Assembly (NCBI GenBank): GCA_049644325.1
Contig: JBARRR010000103.1
Span: 1 to 62,625, forward strand
Length of the DNA stretch: 62,625 nucleotides
Source: Candidatus Dormiibacterota bacterium
GTDB lineage: Bacteria; Chloroflexota; Dormibacteria; DASZGP01
Direction: 5' to 3'
Below the pieces are notes generated by a model that worked only from the letters and a program-made list of their open reading frames with translations, searched no databases and was not told the origin of the DNA. Positions 25,664 through 35,284 of this stretch are shown here, piece by piece (the stretch's first letter is position 1; every line of letters starts with the position of its first letter). A program made the position numbers and the translations under genes.

Positions 25664-28600
25664 GCGCTCACGGATGTCCGTCGGTCCGGCCAGAGGACCA
25701 GCCCGCGAGGAGAAACGCCGAATCCGACCTCGCGCATCAGCGGCTCTAAGTTCGACCCTGCAATCGGATCGCCGTTGAGGGTGCGGACCTCGACCTTGCC
25801 GGCGCGGCCGGCGCAGGTCGCCAGGGCGGCCAGAGCCTCCAACGTGACCTCGCCAAAGCTGAGCAGGCTGCGCCCGCCGCGCTCGAGGTAGAGGCGAAGC
25901 TCACCGTCCTCGAGGACCACGTATGCCCCCGCCACTCGCGCCGTGCGGGCGGGAGACGCCGGCCAGGGGATGGTGACGCCATACGGGTTGGCAGGGTCGG
26001 TGGAGGCCAGCCCGATGGCGCGCGGCCCTTCGTCGCTGCGTGCCGCATGGCGCGCCCCGCGGAGGCGATCGACGGCCCCCGGAAGGGCGAACTGGGAGCC
26101 GCCAAGGCCGTCGACAAAGTAGCCGCGGCGGATTTTGCCCGCCTCCTCCATGGCCCGCAGCACCGGGTAAATCGCGGTGAAGCCGCCAGGGCTGCCCTCA
26201 CCGAGCACCTCCGCCCGCGACAGCACTCCGTAGCGCTGGAGCAGCGCGCCGGCCGTGGCGTGAAGGCGCTCGGTGGGGCTGATGTCGAGGGACGTCAGAT
26301 GCTCGACCAGCGACCAACGGCCCTCGGACCCTGGTGGGCCCAGGCGCATCATCGGCCGGCGCGTGCGGCTGCCGCGCCTGCGGGGGCCCCGGTTGCGCAG
26401 GGGCACAAAGGTGTCGTTGGTCACCTCCCCGGCCCAGACCATCTCCCAGAGCACGTCGAGCACCGCCTCGGGGTCACGGCCATCGTCGACCTCGAGGGTG
26501 GCGCGCATCAGGTCGGCGAAGAACGAGGCACCGCGGCTGACCAGCTGCTCGCGGAGGGCGTCGGCGATGGCGCCCTCGGGCAGGTCAAGCGGCGGCTGAA
26601 GCAGGCGGGGGGCATCGGCGCGGAGGTATAGCGCCACCCGCCCGTCGGTCCCACCCAGGGCGCCTCGGCCCGCCCAGACCACCTCGCCGGCGGAGATCAG
26701 GTGGTCCAGCATCTGGGGGCTGTAGTCCGCGACCCGAGCCGGCAGGACATCTCGCTCCATCACGGAGACCGGCACCGCGGCGGCCTGCAGCTGGTGCACC
26801 ACCTCAGCCAGGCGGTCGAGGCCGCGGGCGGGCACGCCGATGCCCTGCCACTGGGGCAGGAAGCGGGCCAGGACGTCGACCGGCACCGGCTCGACCTCGC
26901 GCCGCAGCCGGGCCAGCGAACGCCGCCGCAGCGCGATCAGCACCTCCGGGTGACAGAACTCACGCCCAGCGCCACCGGGGCGGAACTCCCCGCTGAGCAG
27001 GTCGCCGGCGGCCACCAGCTGCGACAACACGTTGCTGACCTGCTGCTTGGGCAGCGCCCAGCGGGTGGCGGGGTCGGCGGCGAGGAACGGGGTGTGGGTG
27101 CGCGCGTAACGCAGCACCAGCGACTCGAAGGCCTCGTCCCACTCGCCCAGCAGGGCGACCGGGAGGCCGACGGGCAGGGCGACGCCAAGGCCGTCGCGGT
27201 ACCGGGCGGCGTCCTCAGCTGCGACCCAGCGCTCCTCCCCGGCGATGCGCACAGCGGCGGCGCGGTGCTCCTGGGCCAGCTGCCGCAGCCACTCGGGTCT
27301 GATGCCGCGCGCGGTGGCCTCGGCCTCGGTCAGGTCGCCGAGTCGCCGCAGCACGTCGGCAGCCTCGTCGCGGTCGCGCGGCCAGCGGTCGTCGACCAGG
27401 CCTTGCAGCTCGAGCTCCACCGCCTCGATGACCTCGGGCGCCAGGAGCTCGCGCAGCTCCGCGGACCCCAGCAGCTCGGCCAGCAGCTCGCGGTCCAGGG
27501 TCAACGCTTGGGCGCGGCTCTCCGCCAGCGGCGCGGCGGCCTCGTAGATGTACTGGGCTATGAAGTCGAAGAGCAGCGAGCTGGCGAAGGGCGAAGCTCG
27601 CTCCGTCTCGACGGTCACCACCCGGACCTCGCGCGAGCGAATAGCACGCATCAGGTCGACCAGCGCTTCCATGTCGAAGGTGTCACTGAGGCACTCGCGG
27701 TAGGTCTCCAGGATGATGGGGAAGTCGGGATGCCGCGACGCCACCTGGAGGAGGTCGTGGGCCCGCTGCCGCTGCAGCCACAGCGGTTGGCGCTGGTTGG
27801 GCCGCCGCCGCGGTAGGAGCAGAGACCGGGCGGCGTTCTCGCGGAATCGGGATGCGAACAGCGCCGATCCCTGGACCACGTCGATGACCGCCTCGCGCAC
27901 GTCCTCGGGATCAAGGAAGAGACGGTCGACGTCAGGCGGATTGTCGACCTCGGGGACGCGCAGGGCGAAGCCGTCATCGGTGTAGATCGACTGCACCTCC
28001 AACCCCAGCTCCCGCTCCATTCGCGCCGCCACCGCCAGCGCCCACGGCGCATGGACCCGGGCGCCGTATGGGGTCAGGACGCAGACGCGCCAGTCGCCCA
28101 GCTGGTCGCGGAAACGCTCCACGACCACGGTTTTGTCATCGGGCACAGCGCTGGCCGCCGCCTGCTCGGCGAGGTAGCCCAGCAGGTTCTCGATGGCCAG
28201 GCGGTCGAGGCCGGCGCGGTCGTGGAGCCGCGCGGCGGCCACCTCGGGGCTGGCCTCGCGCAGCTCGCGGGTCATCTGCCCCAGGGCGCGGCCGACCTCG
28301 ACCGGGCGGCCCAGGGTGTCACCGTGCCAGAAGGCGATCGTCCCCGGCTCGCCGGGCGCGGGCGTGACCAGCACCTGGGAGGGGGTTATGTCCATCACCC
28401 GCCAGGTGCTGGCCCCGAGCACGAAGGTCTGGCCGACGCGCATCTCGTAGACCATCTCCTCATCCAGCTCACCGATGCGCCGGCCCGGCCGCCGACCGCC
28501 GGGGGGCGCCGCGGTGCCGGCCATGGCAAAGCCGGGCACGGTGCCACGGTCCGGCAGCGGCTCGCCCTCATAGAGCGCCACCGTGTACAGCCCGCGGTCG

Positions 28601-30204
28601 GGGATGGTGCCGCCGCTGACGACAGCCAGCCGCTGCGCCCCGGCGCGACCGCGCAGCTTGCCGGTGACCCGGTCCCAAACGATCCTGGGCCGCAGCTCGG
28701 CGAAGTCGTCGGATGGGTAGCGCCCAGCGAGCATGTCGAGTGTCGCTTCGAAGGCGCGGTCGGTCAGGTCGCTGAAGGGGTAGGCGCGGCGGACCAGCGC
28801 CTTGGCGTCGGCGTCCTGCCACTCGCCCATCGCCACCATCGCCACCAGCTGCTGGGCCAGCACGTCGAGCGGGTTGCGCGGCACCCTGGTCCGTTCAATC
28901 TCGCCTTCGAGCATTCGCTCGACCACCACCGCTGCCTGGAGCAGGTCGCCGCGGTGCTTGGGCATCACGACGCCCTTGGACGGCTCCCCCACCTGGTGGC
29001 CGGCCCGACCGATGCGCTGGATGCCGCTGGCGACGGTCGCCGGCGACTCGACCTGCACCACCAGGTCGACGGCCCCCATGTCGATGCCCAGCTCCAGCGA
29101 CGAGGTCGCCACCAATGCCGGCAGCCGTCCCGACTTGAGCGCCTCCTCCAGCTCCAGCCGCTGCTCCCTGGCGATCGACCCGTGGTGAGCGCGAACCAGC
29201 TCCACCGGTTCGCCAGGCGGGCCATCACCGTCCTCGACCGCCTGCGCGACTGCCTGTTCTTGGGCCAGCTCGTTGAGACGCGCCGCCAGCCGCTCGGCGA
29301 GCCGCCGCGAGTTGACGAAAATGATGGTGGACCTGTGAGCCCGGATCAGCTCCAGCAGCCGCGGGTGGATCGCGGGCCAGATGCTCCTCCGCGAAGGCGC
29401 CGGGGCGCCCGGGTCCAGCACTGTGGCGCCTGCGGGCCCCGAGGGCTGGTCGGCGCCACGCTCCAGGTTGCCCATGTCTTCGACCGGCACCTCGACCGTG
29501 ATCTCGAGCCGTTTGCGCTCCCCGGTGTCGATCAGCTCCACCTCGCGGCCGCTGCCGCCCAGGAATCGCCCCACCTCATCGAGCGGGCGCTGGGTGGCGG
29601 AGAGTCCGATCCGCCGCGGCTCGACCTTGGTCAAGTCGCCCAGCCGTTCCAGGCTCAGGGCCAGGTGTGCGCCACGCTTGGTGGCGGCCATGGAATGGAT
29701 CTCGTCGACGATGACGTAGCGGACCGTGGCCAGAACCTCCCGCGCCTGGCTGGTCAGCATCAGGAAGAGCGACTCGGGGGTGGTGATGAGGATGTCGGGC
29801 GGGTGGCGCTCGATGCGGCGGCGGTCGGCGGGCGAGGTGTCGCCGGTGCGGATCGCCGACGTGATCTCGGGGATGGGCGCGTCCATCCGCCGCGCCTCGA
29901 GCGCCATCCCCGCAAGCGGCGCCCGCAGGTTGCGCTCGATGTCGACCGCCAGCGCTTTGAGTGGCGAGATGTAGAGCACCCGGCAGCGCTCGCGCTCCGG
30001 TGGTGGTGGCTCCTGGGCCAGCCGGTCAAGGCAGTAGAAGAAGGCGGCCAGCGTCTTGCCGCTGCCGGTCGGCGCCGACATCAGGGTGTGCTTGCCGGCG
30101 GCGATAGCGCGCCAGCCCTGCTCCTGGACCAGGGTGGGCGCCTCGAAGGCGCCCGCGAACCAATGTCGCGAGACCGGCGAGAACAGGTCGAGCACGGTGG
30201 ACAT
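25660..30204 (-). CDS. lhr: Lhr-family ATP-dependent DNA helicase (long form with C-terminal domain)
   Basis: 1514 aa. Motif I APTGSGKTLAAF, motif II VDEIHS, TSSLELGID and QRIGRAGH. The length equals the long mycobacterial-type Lhr. Confidence 0.93.
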   Translation of the reverse strand: MSTVLDLFSPVSRHWFAGAFEAPTLVQEQGWRAIAAGKHTLMSAPTGSGKTLAAFFYCLDRLAQEPPPPERERCRVLYISPLKALAVDIERNLRAPLAGMALEARRMDAPIPEITSAIRTGDTSPADRRRIERHPPDILITTPESLFLMLTSQAREVLATVRYVIVDEIHSMAATKRGAHLALSLERLGDLTKVEPRRIGLSATQRPLDEVGRFLGGSGREVELIDTGERKRLEITVEVPVEDMGNLERGADQPSGPAGATVLDPGAPAPSRRSIWPAIHPRLLELIRAHRSTIIFVNSRRLAERLAARLNELAQEQAVAQAVEDGDGPPGEPVELVRAHHGSIAREQRLELEEALKSGRLPALVATSSLELGIDMGAVDLVVQVESPATVASGIQRIGRAGHQVGEPSKGVVMPKHRGDLLQAAVVVERMLEGEIERTRVPRNPLDVLAQQLVAMVAMGEWQDADAKALVRRAYPFSDLTDRAFEATLDMLAGRYPSDDFAELRPRIVWDRVTGKLRGRAGAQRLAVVSGGTIPDRGLYTVALYEGEPLPDRGTVPGFAMAGTAAPPGGRRPGRRIGELDEEMVYEMRVGQTFVLGASTWRVMDITPSQVLVTPAPGEPGTIAFWHGDTLGRPVEVGRALGQMTRELREASPEVAAARLHDRAGLDRLAIENLLGYLAEQAAASAVPDDKTVVVERFRDQLGDWRVCVLTPYGARVHAPWALAVAARMERELGLEVQSIYTDDGFALRVPEVDNPPDVDRLFLDPEDVREAVIDVVQGSALFASRFRENAARSLLLPRRRPNQRQPLWLQRQRAHDLLQVASRHPDFPIILETYRECLSDTFDMEALVDLMRAIRSREVRVVTVETERASPFASSLLFDFIAQYIYEAAAPLAESRAQALTLDRELLAELLGSAELRELLAPEVIEAVELELQGLVDDRWPRDRDEAADVLRRLGDLTEAEATARGIRPEWLRQLAQEHRAAAVRIAGEERWVAAEDAARYRDGLGVALPVGLPVALLGEWDEAFESLVLRYARTHTPFLAADPATRWALPKQQVSNVLSQLVAAGDLLSGEFRPGGAGREFCHPEVLIALRRRSLARLRREVEPVPVDVLARFLPQWQGIGVPARGLDRLAEVVHQLQAAAVPVSVMERDVLPARVADYSPQMLDHLISAGEVVWAGRGALGGTDGRVALYLRADAPRLLQPPLDLPEGAIADALREQLVSRGASFFADLMRATLEVDDGRDPEAVLDVLWEMVWAGEVTNDTFVPLRNRGPRRRGSRTRRPMMRLGPPGSEGRWSLVEHLTSLDISPTERLHATAGALLQRYGVLSRAEVLGEGSPGGFTAIYPVLRAMEEAGKIRRGYFVDGLGGSQFALPGAVDRLRGARHAARSDEGPRAIGLASTDPANPYGVTIPWPASPARTARVAGAYVVLEDGELRLYLERGGRSLLSFGEVTLEALAALATCAGRAGKVEVRTLNGDPIAGSNLEPLMREVGFGVSPRGLVLWPDRRTSVSA

Positions 30205-30273
30205 CCTCCGAGTCTAAGAGTGCGCTACGATCCGACGGCAATGGACCGGAGGGCAGCGCGCCGGACAGCCACG

Positions 30274-31173
30274 ATGCCGCATGTCGAAGGCGTCAGTCAC
30301 CGCTACGTCGAGGCCGGCGACCTCCTCATGCACGTGGCCGAGGCCGGCAGCGGGCCGGTCATGGTCATGCTCCACGGCTGGCCGCAGCACTGGTACGAGT
30401 GGCGCCACCTCATCCCCCAGCTGGCCAAGCACCGGCGCCTGGTGATGCCCGACCTCCGCGGCTTCGGCTGGAGTGAGGCGCCACCGGGTGGATACAAGAA
30501 GGAGGAGATGGCGGCCGACGTCGCCAGCGCCCTCGACGCCCTGGAGATCGAGGAGTACGAGCTGGTCGGTCATGACTGGGGCGCTTACATCGGCTTCCTG
30601 CTGGCGCTGCGCGAGCCGCAGCGGGTGAAGCGCTACCTGGCGATGTCGATGACGCCGCCCTGGGTCGATGGCGCCGCGCTACGGCCCTATTTCTACCGCC
30701 TCGGCTACATGGCGCTACTCGACAAGCCGGTGCTCAGCCCTCTGCTGCTGCAGCGGCTGCCGGGGATGGTGCGCCTGTTTCTGACGTTGGGGACGGTTAG
30801 GCGCGGCACCTGGACCCGCGCGGAGCAGGACGCCTTTGCCGAGCACGTCCGCGAACCGGCTCGGGCGGCGGCGTCAAGCGCGCTGTACCGCGCCTTCACC
30901 CTGGGCGAGGGAGTCGCCCAGGCCCGGGGCCGCTACGACAACGAGCGGCTGACGGTTCCGACCCGCCTCCTGGTGGGTGACCACGACGTCCTCCCGCCGT
31001 CTGTCTTCACCGGCTGGGAGCCGTACGCCGACGACATGCACGTCAAGCCGATCGCCGGCGCAGGCCACTACATCGTCGACGAGCAGCCCGAGGTCGTTCT
31101 CGACAACATCCTCGAGTTCTTCGATATCAAACAAAAACGGGCGGCCCCAAGGACCGCCCGTTCGTCGAAGTAA
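30274..31173 (+). CDS. Alpha/beta hydrolase (epoxide-hydrolase/haloalkane-dehalogenase-like)
   Basis: HGWPQHWYEWRHLIPQL and nucleophile elbow VGHDWGAYIG. An alternative in-frame ATG lies at 30241. The first ~740 codons of track ORF 28051..31173 are antisense to lhr. Confidence 0.85.
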   Translation: MPHVEGVSHRYVEAGDLLMHVAEAGSGPVMVMLHGWPQHWYEWRHLIPQLAKHRRLVMPDLRGFGWSEAPPGGYKKEEMAADVASALDALEIEEYELVGHDWGAYIGFLLALREPQRVKRYLAMSMTPPWVDGAALRPYFYRLGYMALLDKPVLSPLLLQRLPGMVRLFLTLGTVRRGTWTRAEQDAFAEHVREPARAAASSALYRAFTLGEGVAQARGRYDNERLTVPTRLLVGDHDVLPPSVFTGWEPYADDMHVKPIAGAGHYIVDEQPEVVLDNILEFFDIKQKRAAPRTARSSK

Positions 31174-31179
31174 CCAGGC

Positions 31180-31587
31180 TCAGGCCGGGCTGACCTCCAT
31201 CGCGCTGGAGCGCGGGTAGCAGACGAGGTAGCCGGCGAGGAAGAGCACCGACAGGAGCAGTCCTATCGGCGACAGCCGGATGCCGAAGCCCTGGCTCCAC
31301 CAGACCGCGCCCATCAAGAGGGTCAAGGCGTTGTACATGATCGCCAGGTTGACCCAGGCGCGCGTTGGCGTCCGGAAGTTGAGGACAAAGGCAGCGCCCA
31401 GGACCACGGCTGCGACCGACGCGTCGGTCCCCACCATGACGTCAAGGGGAAGGATCGAGGTGGCGCCGACAGCGACGAGGATGGCGCCGACGATGATCAG
31501 CGCGCCCTGGACCGCCAGGAGCACGCCGAGGATGGCTTTCTTGTGTTCGCTTTTCACGGATGGCCTCCTTTCCCCTCTTGGCTGCAT
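31180..31587 (-). CDS. Small 4-TM membrane protein (hypothetical)
   Basis: Four hydrophobic segments and no recognised family. The start is uncertain; a GTG at VKSEHKK is possible. Confidence 0.5.
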   Translation of the reverse strand: MQPRGERRPSVKSEHKKAILGVLLAVQGALIIVGAILVAVGATSILPLDVMVGTDASVAAVVLGAAFVLNFRTPTRAWVNLAIMYNALTLLMGAVWWSQGFGIRLSPIGLLLSVLFLAGYLVCYPRSSAMEVSPA

Positions 31588-31731
31588 CGTAGGCTGCTCG
31601 GATCGGGGATGGATCCGGTTGTTACAAAGTGTTAATCCCCGACCTACCTGGTTTGGTTACGGCCAGGGCCGAGCGGGAATAAGGCTGAGCGAGATCAGAT
31701 TCAGTTCGAAAAAGAGGAGAAATCTGTCCCC

Positions 31732-32742
31732 ATGATCCGCCTGCTCGAATCCAATATCGACACACTCACCGTTGGCAGCGCGACCCCGGTAACCGAGGCC
31801 GCAGCCCTCGACGCCTACTCCAGCGTGGTCACCTCGGTGGCCGAGAAACTCTCGCCTTCGGTGGCCAGCCTGCGCGTCAACGTCCGCGGTCGTGGCGGCC
31901 GATCCGCCGGCGGCAGCGGCTCCGGCATCGTCATCAGCACCGACGGCTACATCCTGACGTCGGCCCACGTCGTTGCCGAGAGCGAAGGCGGCACCGCCAC
32001 CTTCATCGATGGCCGTGAGCTGGCCTTCACGCCGGTCGGCACTGACCGGTTCTCCGACCTGGCCGTCATCCGGGTCACGGCGACCGACCTGGTGCCCGCC
32101 GAGCTTGGCGACGCGGACCGGCTCCGCGTGGGCCAGCTGGTGGTGGCCATCGGCAACCCCATGGGCTTCGCCGGTTCCGTCACCGCCGGCGTTGTCTCCG
32201 CGGTGGGCAGGTCGCTGACCACTGGCGACGGCAACATGAGCCGCATGGTGGAGAACGTGATCCAGACGGATGCCTCGCTCAACCCGGGCAACTCCGGGGG
32301 CGCGCTGGCAGACTGGCGCGGTGCCGTTATCGGCGTCAATACCGCGGTGGCCGGCGTGGGGTTGGGGTTGGCAGTCCCGGTCAACCCCACCACCGCCGGC
32401 ATCATCTCCTCCCTGATCACGCAGGGACGGGTGCGTCGCGGCTACCTGGGCATCGCCGGCGCCCCCCGTCCGCTGACCCCACGGTTTGCGGAGCGCACCG
32501 GCCATAAGAGCGGCCTCAATGTCGTCGAGGTCGTCACCGGCAGCCCAGCGGCAGCCGCGGGGCTGCGCCAGGGCGACGTCATCACCGAGGTCAACAGCAC
32601 CCCGGTCAGCGATGCCGGGGACCTGCAGCGCGTCCTGGTCGAGGACACCATCGGCAAGTCGATGAAGCTGGCCGTGATCCGCGGCAACGAGCAGCTCGAC
32701 GTCTACGTCGTGCCCCTGGAGCTGGGGGTCACCACGGTCTAG
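31732..32742 (+). CDS. HtrA/DegP-family trypsin-like serine protease with a PDZ domain
   Basis: Catalytic triad contexts TSAHVV, DLAVIRV and GNSGGAL. C-terminal PDZ domain (GLNVVEVVTGSPAAAAGLRQGDVI). Strong RBS AGAGGAG. Confidence 0.9.
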   Translation: MIRLLESNIDTLTVGSATPVTEAAALDAYSSVVTSVAEKLSPSVASLRVNVRGRGGRSAGGSGSGIVISTDGYILTSAHVVAESEGGTATFIDGRELAFTPVGTDRFSDLAVIRVTATDLVPAELGDADRLRVGQLVVAIGNPMGFAGSVTAGVVSAVGRSLTTGDGNMSRMVENVIQTDASLNPGNSGGALADWRGAVIGVNTAVAGVGLGLAVPVNPTTAGIISSLITQGRVRRGYLGIAGAPRPLTPRFAERTGHKSGLNVVEVVTGSPAAAAGLRQGDVITEVNSTPVSDAGDLQRVLVEDTIGKSMKLAVIRGNEQLDVYVVPLELGVTTV

Positions 32743-32747
32743 TCAGT

Positions 32748-32770
32748 GCCCGCACGTCGTCCGTGCGGGC
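32748..32770 (+). terminator. Perfect 9-bp GC hairpin after htrA; candidate intrinsic terminator without a U-tract
   Basis: GCCCGCACG-tcgtc-CGTGCGGGC, 6 nt after the stop codon. Confidence 0.5.
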
Positions 32771-32798
32771 CGTGGCCCTGGCGATGTAGCATCGCCGT

Positions 32799-32900
32799 GA
32801 TCCGAAGGGGAGCGACCGGTTTCAGCGCCGGGAGCTGAGAGGCTGCCTCGCAGCGACCCTTTGAACCTGGACCAGGCAATGCTGGCGTAGGAATCGGAAA
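32799..32900 (+). ncRNA. TPP (THI-box) riboswitch
   Basis: Conserved cores are present: GGGGAGC...GCUGAGAGG...ACCCUUUGAACCUGGACCAGGCAAUGCUGGCGUAGGAA. P1 pairs UCCGA (32801-05) with UCGGA (32894-98). It ends 2-3 nt before the cytX ATG, so the P1 3' strand covers the GGAA/RBS region. The downstream genes are thiamine-related. Confidence 0.85.
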
Positions 32901-32901
32901 C

Positions 32902-34344
32902 ATGAGCAAAGCCGTCAAGAACCCGGCCGAGGCGCTGCCGCTGCCGGCATCCGCCAATGACGAATTCCTCCGCGTGGAGCTGCGCGGACTCGAACCGGTA
33001 CCTGACGAGACCCGGCGTGGGCACCCGCGCGAGCTCTTTTTCATCTGGGCCGCGGCGCTGGCCGACTTCTTCTCCTTCCTCGCCGGGGCGCTCCTGATCA
33101 ACCTCGGCCTGGGCGTCTGGGATGCCATCCTGGTCCTGGTGCTGGGCGCTGTCGCCGGCGGCATCCTCATCGGTCCCCTCAGCGTCACCGGTGTCCGTAC
33201 CGGGGTCCCCCAGATCATGTACTCCCGGATCGCCTTCGGCCGCCGTGGCGCCGCCATTGGTGGCCTGCTGACGATGGTCATCGCGGTCGGCTGGTTCAGC
33301 TACGACTGTGCCATCGCCGTCTACACCGCCAAGGCGCTGCCTGTCTTCGGCGCGGGCCCGCCGAGCTGGGTGGTGGGCCTGATGCTGGTGGCGATGGTGC
33401 TGGGCTGCATCCTGGTGGCGTTCTTCGGCCACCGCACCATCACCATCGTGCAGACGGTGCAGGCGCCGCTGTTTATCACGCTATGCGCAGTGGTGGCGGT
33501 GGTGTTGGCGCCCAAGTTCAACGTCGGCCTGGCCAGCGCCCTCGACCCCGCGACGCACCTCTCGGTGGCCCTGCTCGGCTTCACCGCGACCTTCGCGCTG
33601 ATCATCTCTTGGGCGACGTACGCCGGCGACTACTCCCGCTACCTGCCGCGCAAAACCAGCGCCATCGCCGTCAGCATCTGGGCCGGCGCCGGCGGCGTGG
33701 TCACGCTTGTCATCTGCGGCGCGCTGGGCGCCCTGGTGCAAACCATCGACCCCACCCAGCAGAACCCCGCCTTGCTGATCGTCCCCAACCTGCCCACGGC
33801 ACTGGCCTGGGTGTTCGTCGCCTTCATCGTGATTGCCGAGATGAGCAGCAACTACCTCAACATCTACACCGCAGCCCTCAGCGGGCTGGCCATCGGCATT
33901 CCCCTCAAGCGCTGGTGGGCGGTGGCGATTTTCGGGATGGTCGGCGGCGCCATCGCCCTGGTGATCGTGTTCCTCGGCGACTTCCTCAAGATCTACCTCA
34001 ACTTCCTGACGGTGACGTATGTCTGGTTTCCGGCGTGGTGCATTGTTGTGTTGGTCGACTTCTGGCGACGGCGGGGGACGCTTAACGTGGACGAGATCAC
34101 CAGTCGGCCGGCGTCGTGGCGGGACTCGATACGGTGGCCGGCGCTGACCGCGTTCGCCGTCGGGACCGCCGCAACGCTGCTTTTCTACAGCAATCAACCC
34201 TTCTTCCAGGGATGGCTGGCGAGGGCCTTCTTCCACGACCAGCCAGCCGATGTCAGCAGCGTCGTCGGTGTCATCACCAGCCTGGTGTTGTTCGTGGTCC
34301 TGCTGCGGCTGAGCCGCAGCCCGCGCCCGGCGGCAGCGGGATGA
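32902..34344 (+). CDS. cytX: NCS1-family permease, probable hydroxymethylpyrimidine (HMP) transporter
   Basis: 12-TM cytosine/purine/thiamine-precursor permease pattern. Sits behind a TPP riboswitch and is ATGA-coupled to thiD. Confidence 0.8.
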   Translation: MSKAVKNPAEALPLPASANDEFLRVELRGLEPVPDETRRGHPRELFFIWAAALADFFSFLAGALLINLGLGVWDAILVLVLGAVAGGILIGPLSVTGVRTGVPQIMYSRIAFGRRGAAIGGLLTMVIAVGWFSYDCAIAVYTAKALPVFGAGPPSWVVGLMLVAMVLGCILVAFFGHRTITIVQTVQAPLFITLCAVVAVVLAPKFNVGLASALDPATHLSVALLGFTATFALIISWATYAGDYSRYLPRKTSAIAVSIWAGAGGVVTLVICGALGALVQTIDPTQQNPALLIVPNLPTALAWVFVAFIVIAEMSSNYLNIYTAALSGLAIGIPLKRWWAVAIFGMVGGAIALVIVFLGDFLKIYLNFLTVTYVWFPAWCIVVLVDFWRRRGTLNVDEITSRPASWRDSIRWPALTAFAVGTAATLLFYSNQPFFQGWLARAFFHDQPADVSSVVGVITSLVLFVVLLRLSRSPRPAAAG

Positions 34345-35198
34345 CCGTACCCGTCGCGGCCACCATCGCCGGCAGCGATTCCGGCGGCGGCGCCGGGATC
34401 CAGGCCGACCTCAAGACATTTGCCGCCCTCGGCGTCTATGGAGCCAGCGCCATCGTCGCCCTCACGGCGCAGAACACCGTGGGTGTCAGGGGGGTGCAGA
34501 CCGCCTCGTTGGAGATGGTGGCTCAGCAGATCGACGCCATCGCCGACGACCTCTCACCCAACGCCTGGAAGACGGGGATGCTGGCCAGCGCCGACATCAT
34601 CGACATCGTCGTCGCACGGCTGCGTCACCACCGGGCGCGGAACCTGGTTGTCGACCCCGTGATGGTGTCGAAGTCGGGGGACCGGCTGCTGGACGTCGAG
34701 GCGGTGGGCGCCTTGGTACAGCGGCTGCTGCCGCTGGCACTGGTGGTAACCCCCAACCTGCCCGAAGCCACCGCCATGACCGGCCGGACGATCGACTCCC
34801 CCCGCGACGCGCGTCGCGCCGCCCGCGAGCTGGCCGAGCTGGGGCCGCGGCTGGTGGTGGTCAAGGGCGGACACGCCGGCACCGACCCCGTGGTGGACGT
34901 CGTCTACGACGCCAACAGCAAGGAGTGGACGGAGCTCCGCAACGAGCGGGTCGCAGGCGACAACACGCATGGCACTGGGTGCACTTTCAGCGCCGCAATC
35001 GCCGCCAACCTGGCGCGCGGCGCAGACCCGGCGGAGGCCGTACACCGCGCGCGTCAGTACCTGCAGGCGGCGCTACGCTGGGCCCCAAGCATAGGGTCGG
35101 GCCATGGACCGCTCGGCCACATGGGGCCGCAAGGGTATGCCCCCGCCGAACGTTACATGATGACGGACGATGCTACCTCCGGTAGAGTGGATAGCTGA
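34341..35198 (+). CDS. thiD: Hydroxymethylpyrimidine/phosphomethylpyrimidine kinase
   Basis: [26 protein letters not shown] and [11 protein letters not shown]...[14 protein letters not shown] trimmed the start to the ATG at 34341. Confidence 0.9.
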   Translation: MTVPVAATIAGSDSGGGAGIQADLKTFAALGVYGASAIVALTAQNTVGVRGVQTASLEMVAQQIDAIADDLSPNAWKTGMLASADIIDIVVARLRHHRARNLVVDPVMVSKSGDRLLDVEAVGALVQRLLPLALVVTPNLPEATAMTGRTIDSPRDARRAARELAELGPRLVVVKGGHAGTDPVVDVVYDANSKEWTELRNERVAGDNTHGTGCTFSAAIAANLARGADPAEAVHRARQYLQAALRWAPSIGSGHGPLGHMGPQGYAPAERYMMTDDATSGRVDS

Positions 35199-35284
35199 AA
35201 GCCGCCGGCCAGCGGGAGCCGGTTGCGACACTCGCTGCTGAGCGGGGCCGCGGGAGGTCAAGAATCAAGACCCTGAGGCGACAG

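Noticed and set aside
28051-30240. First ~730 codons of the 1040-aa plus-strand ORF 28051..31173
   Set aside because: This part is antisense to lhr, which has all the helicase motifs. Only the last 300-311 codons (from 30241 or 30274) encode a recognisable alpha/beta hydrolase.
35199-35284. Possible ydaO/cyclic-di-AMP riboswitch upstream of the M23 peptidase, since such riboswitches often precede cell-wall hydrolases
   Set aside because: The gap is only 86 nt, and I could not find the conserved ydaO core segments.
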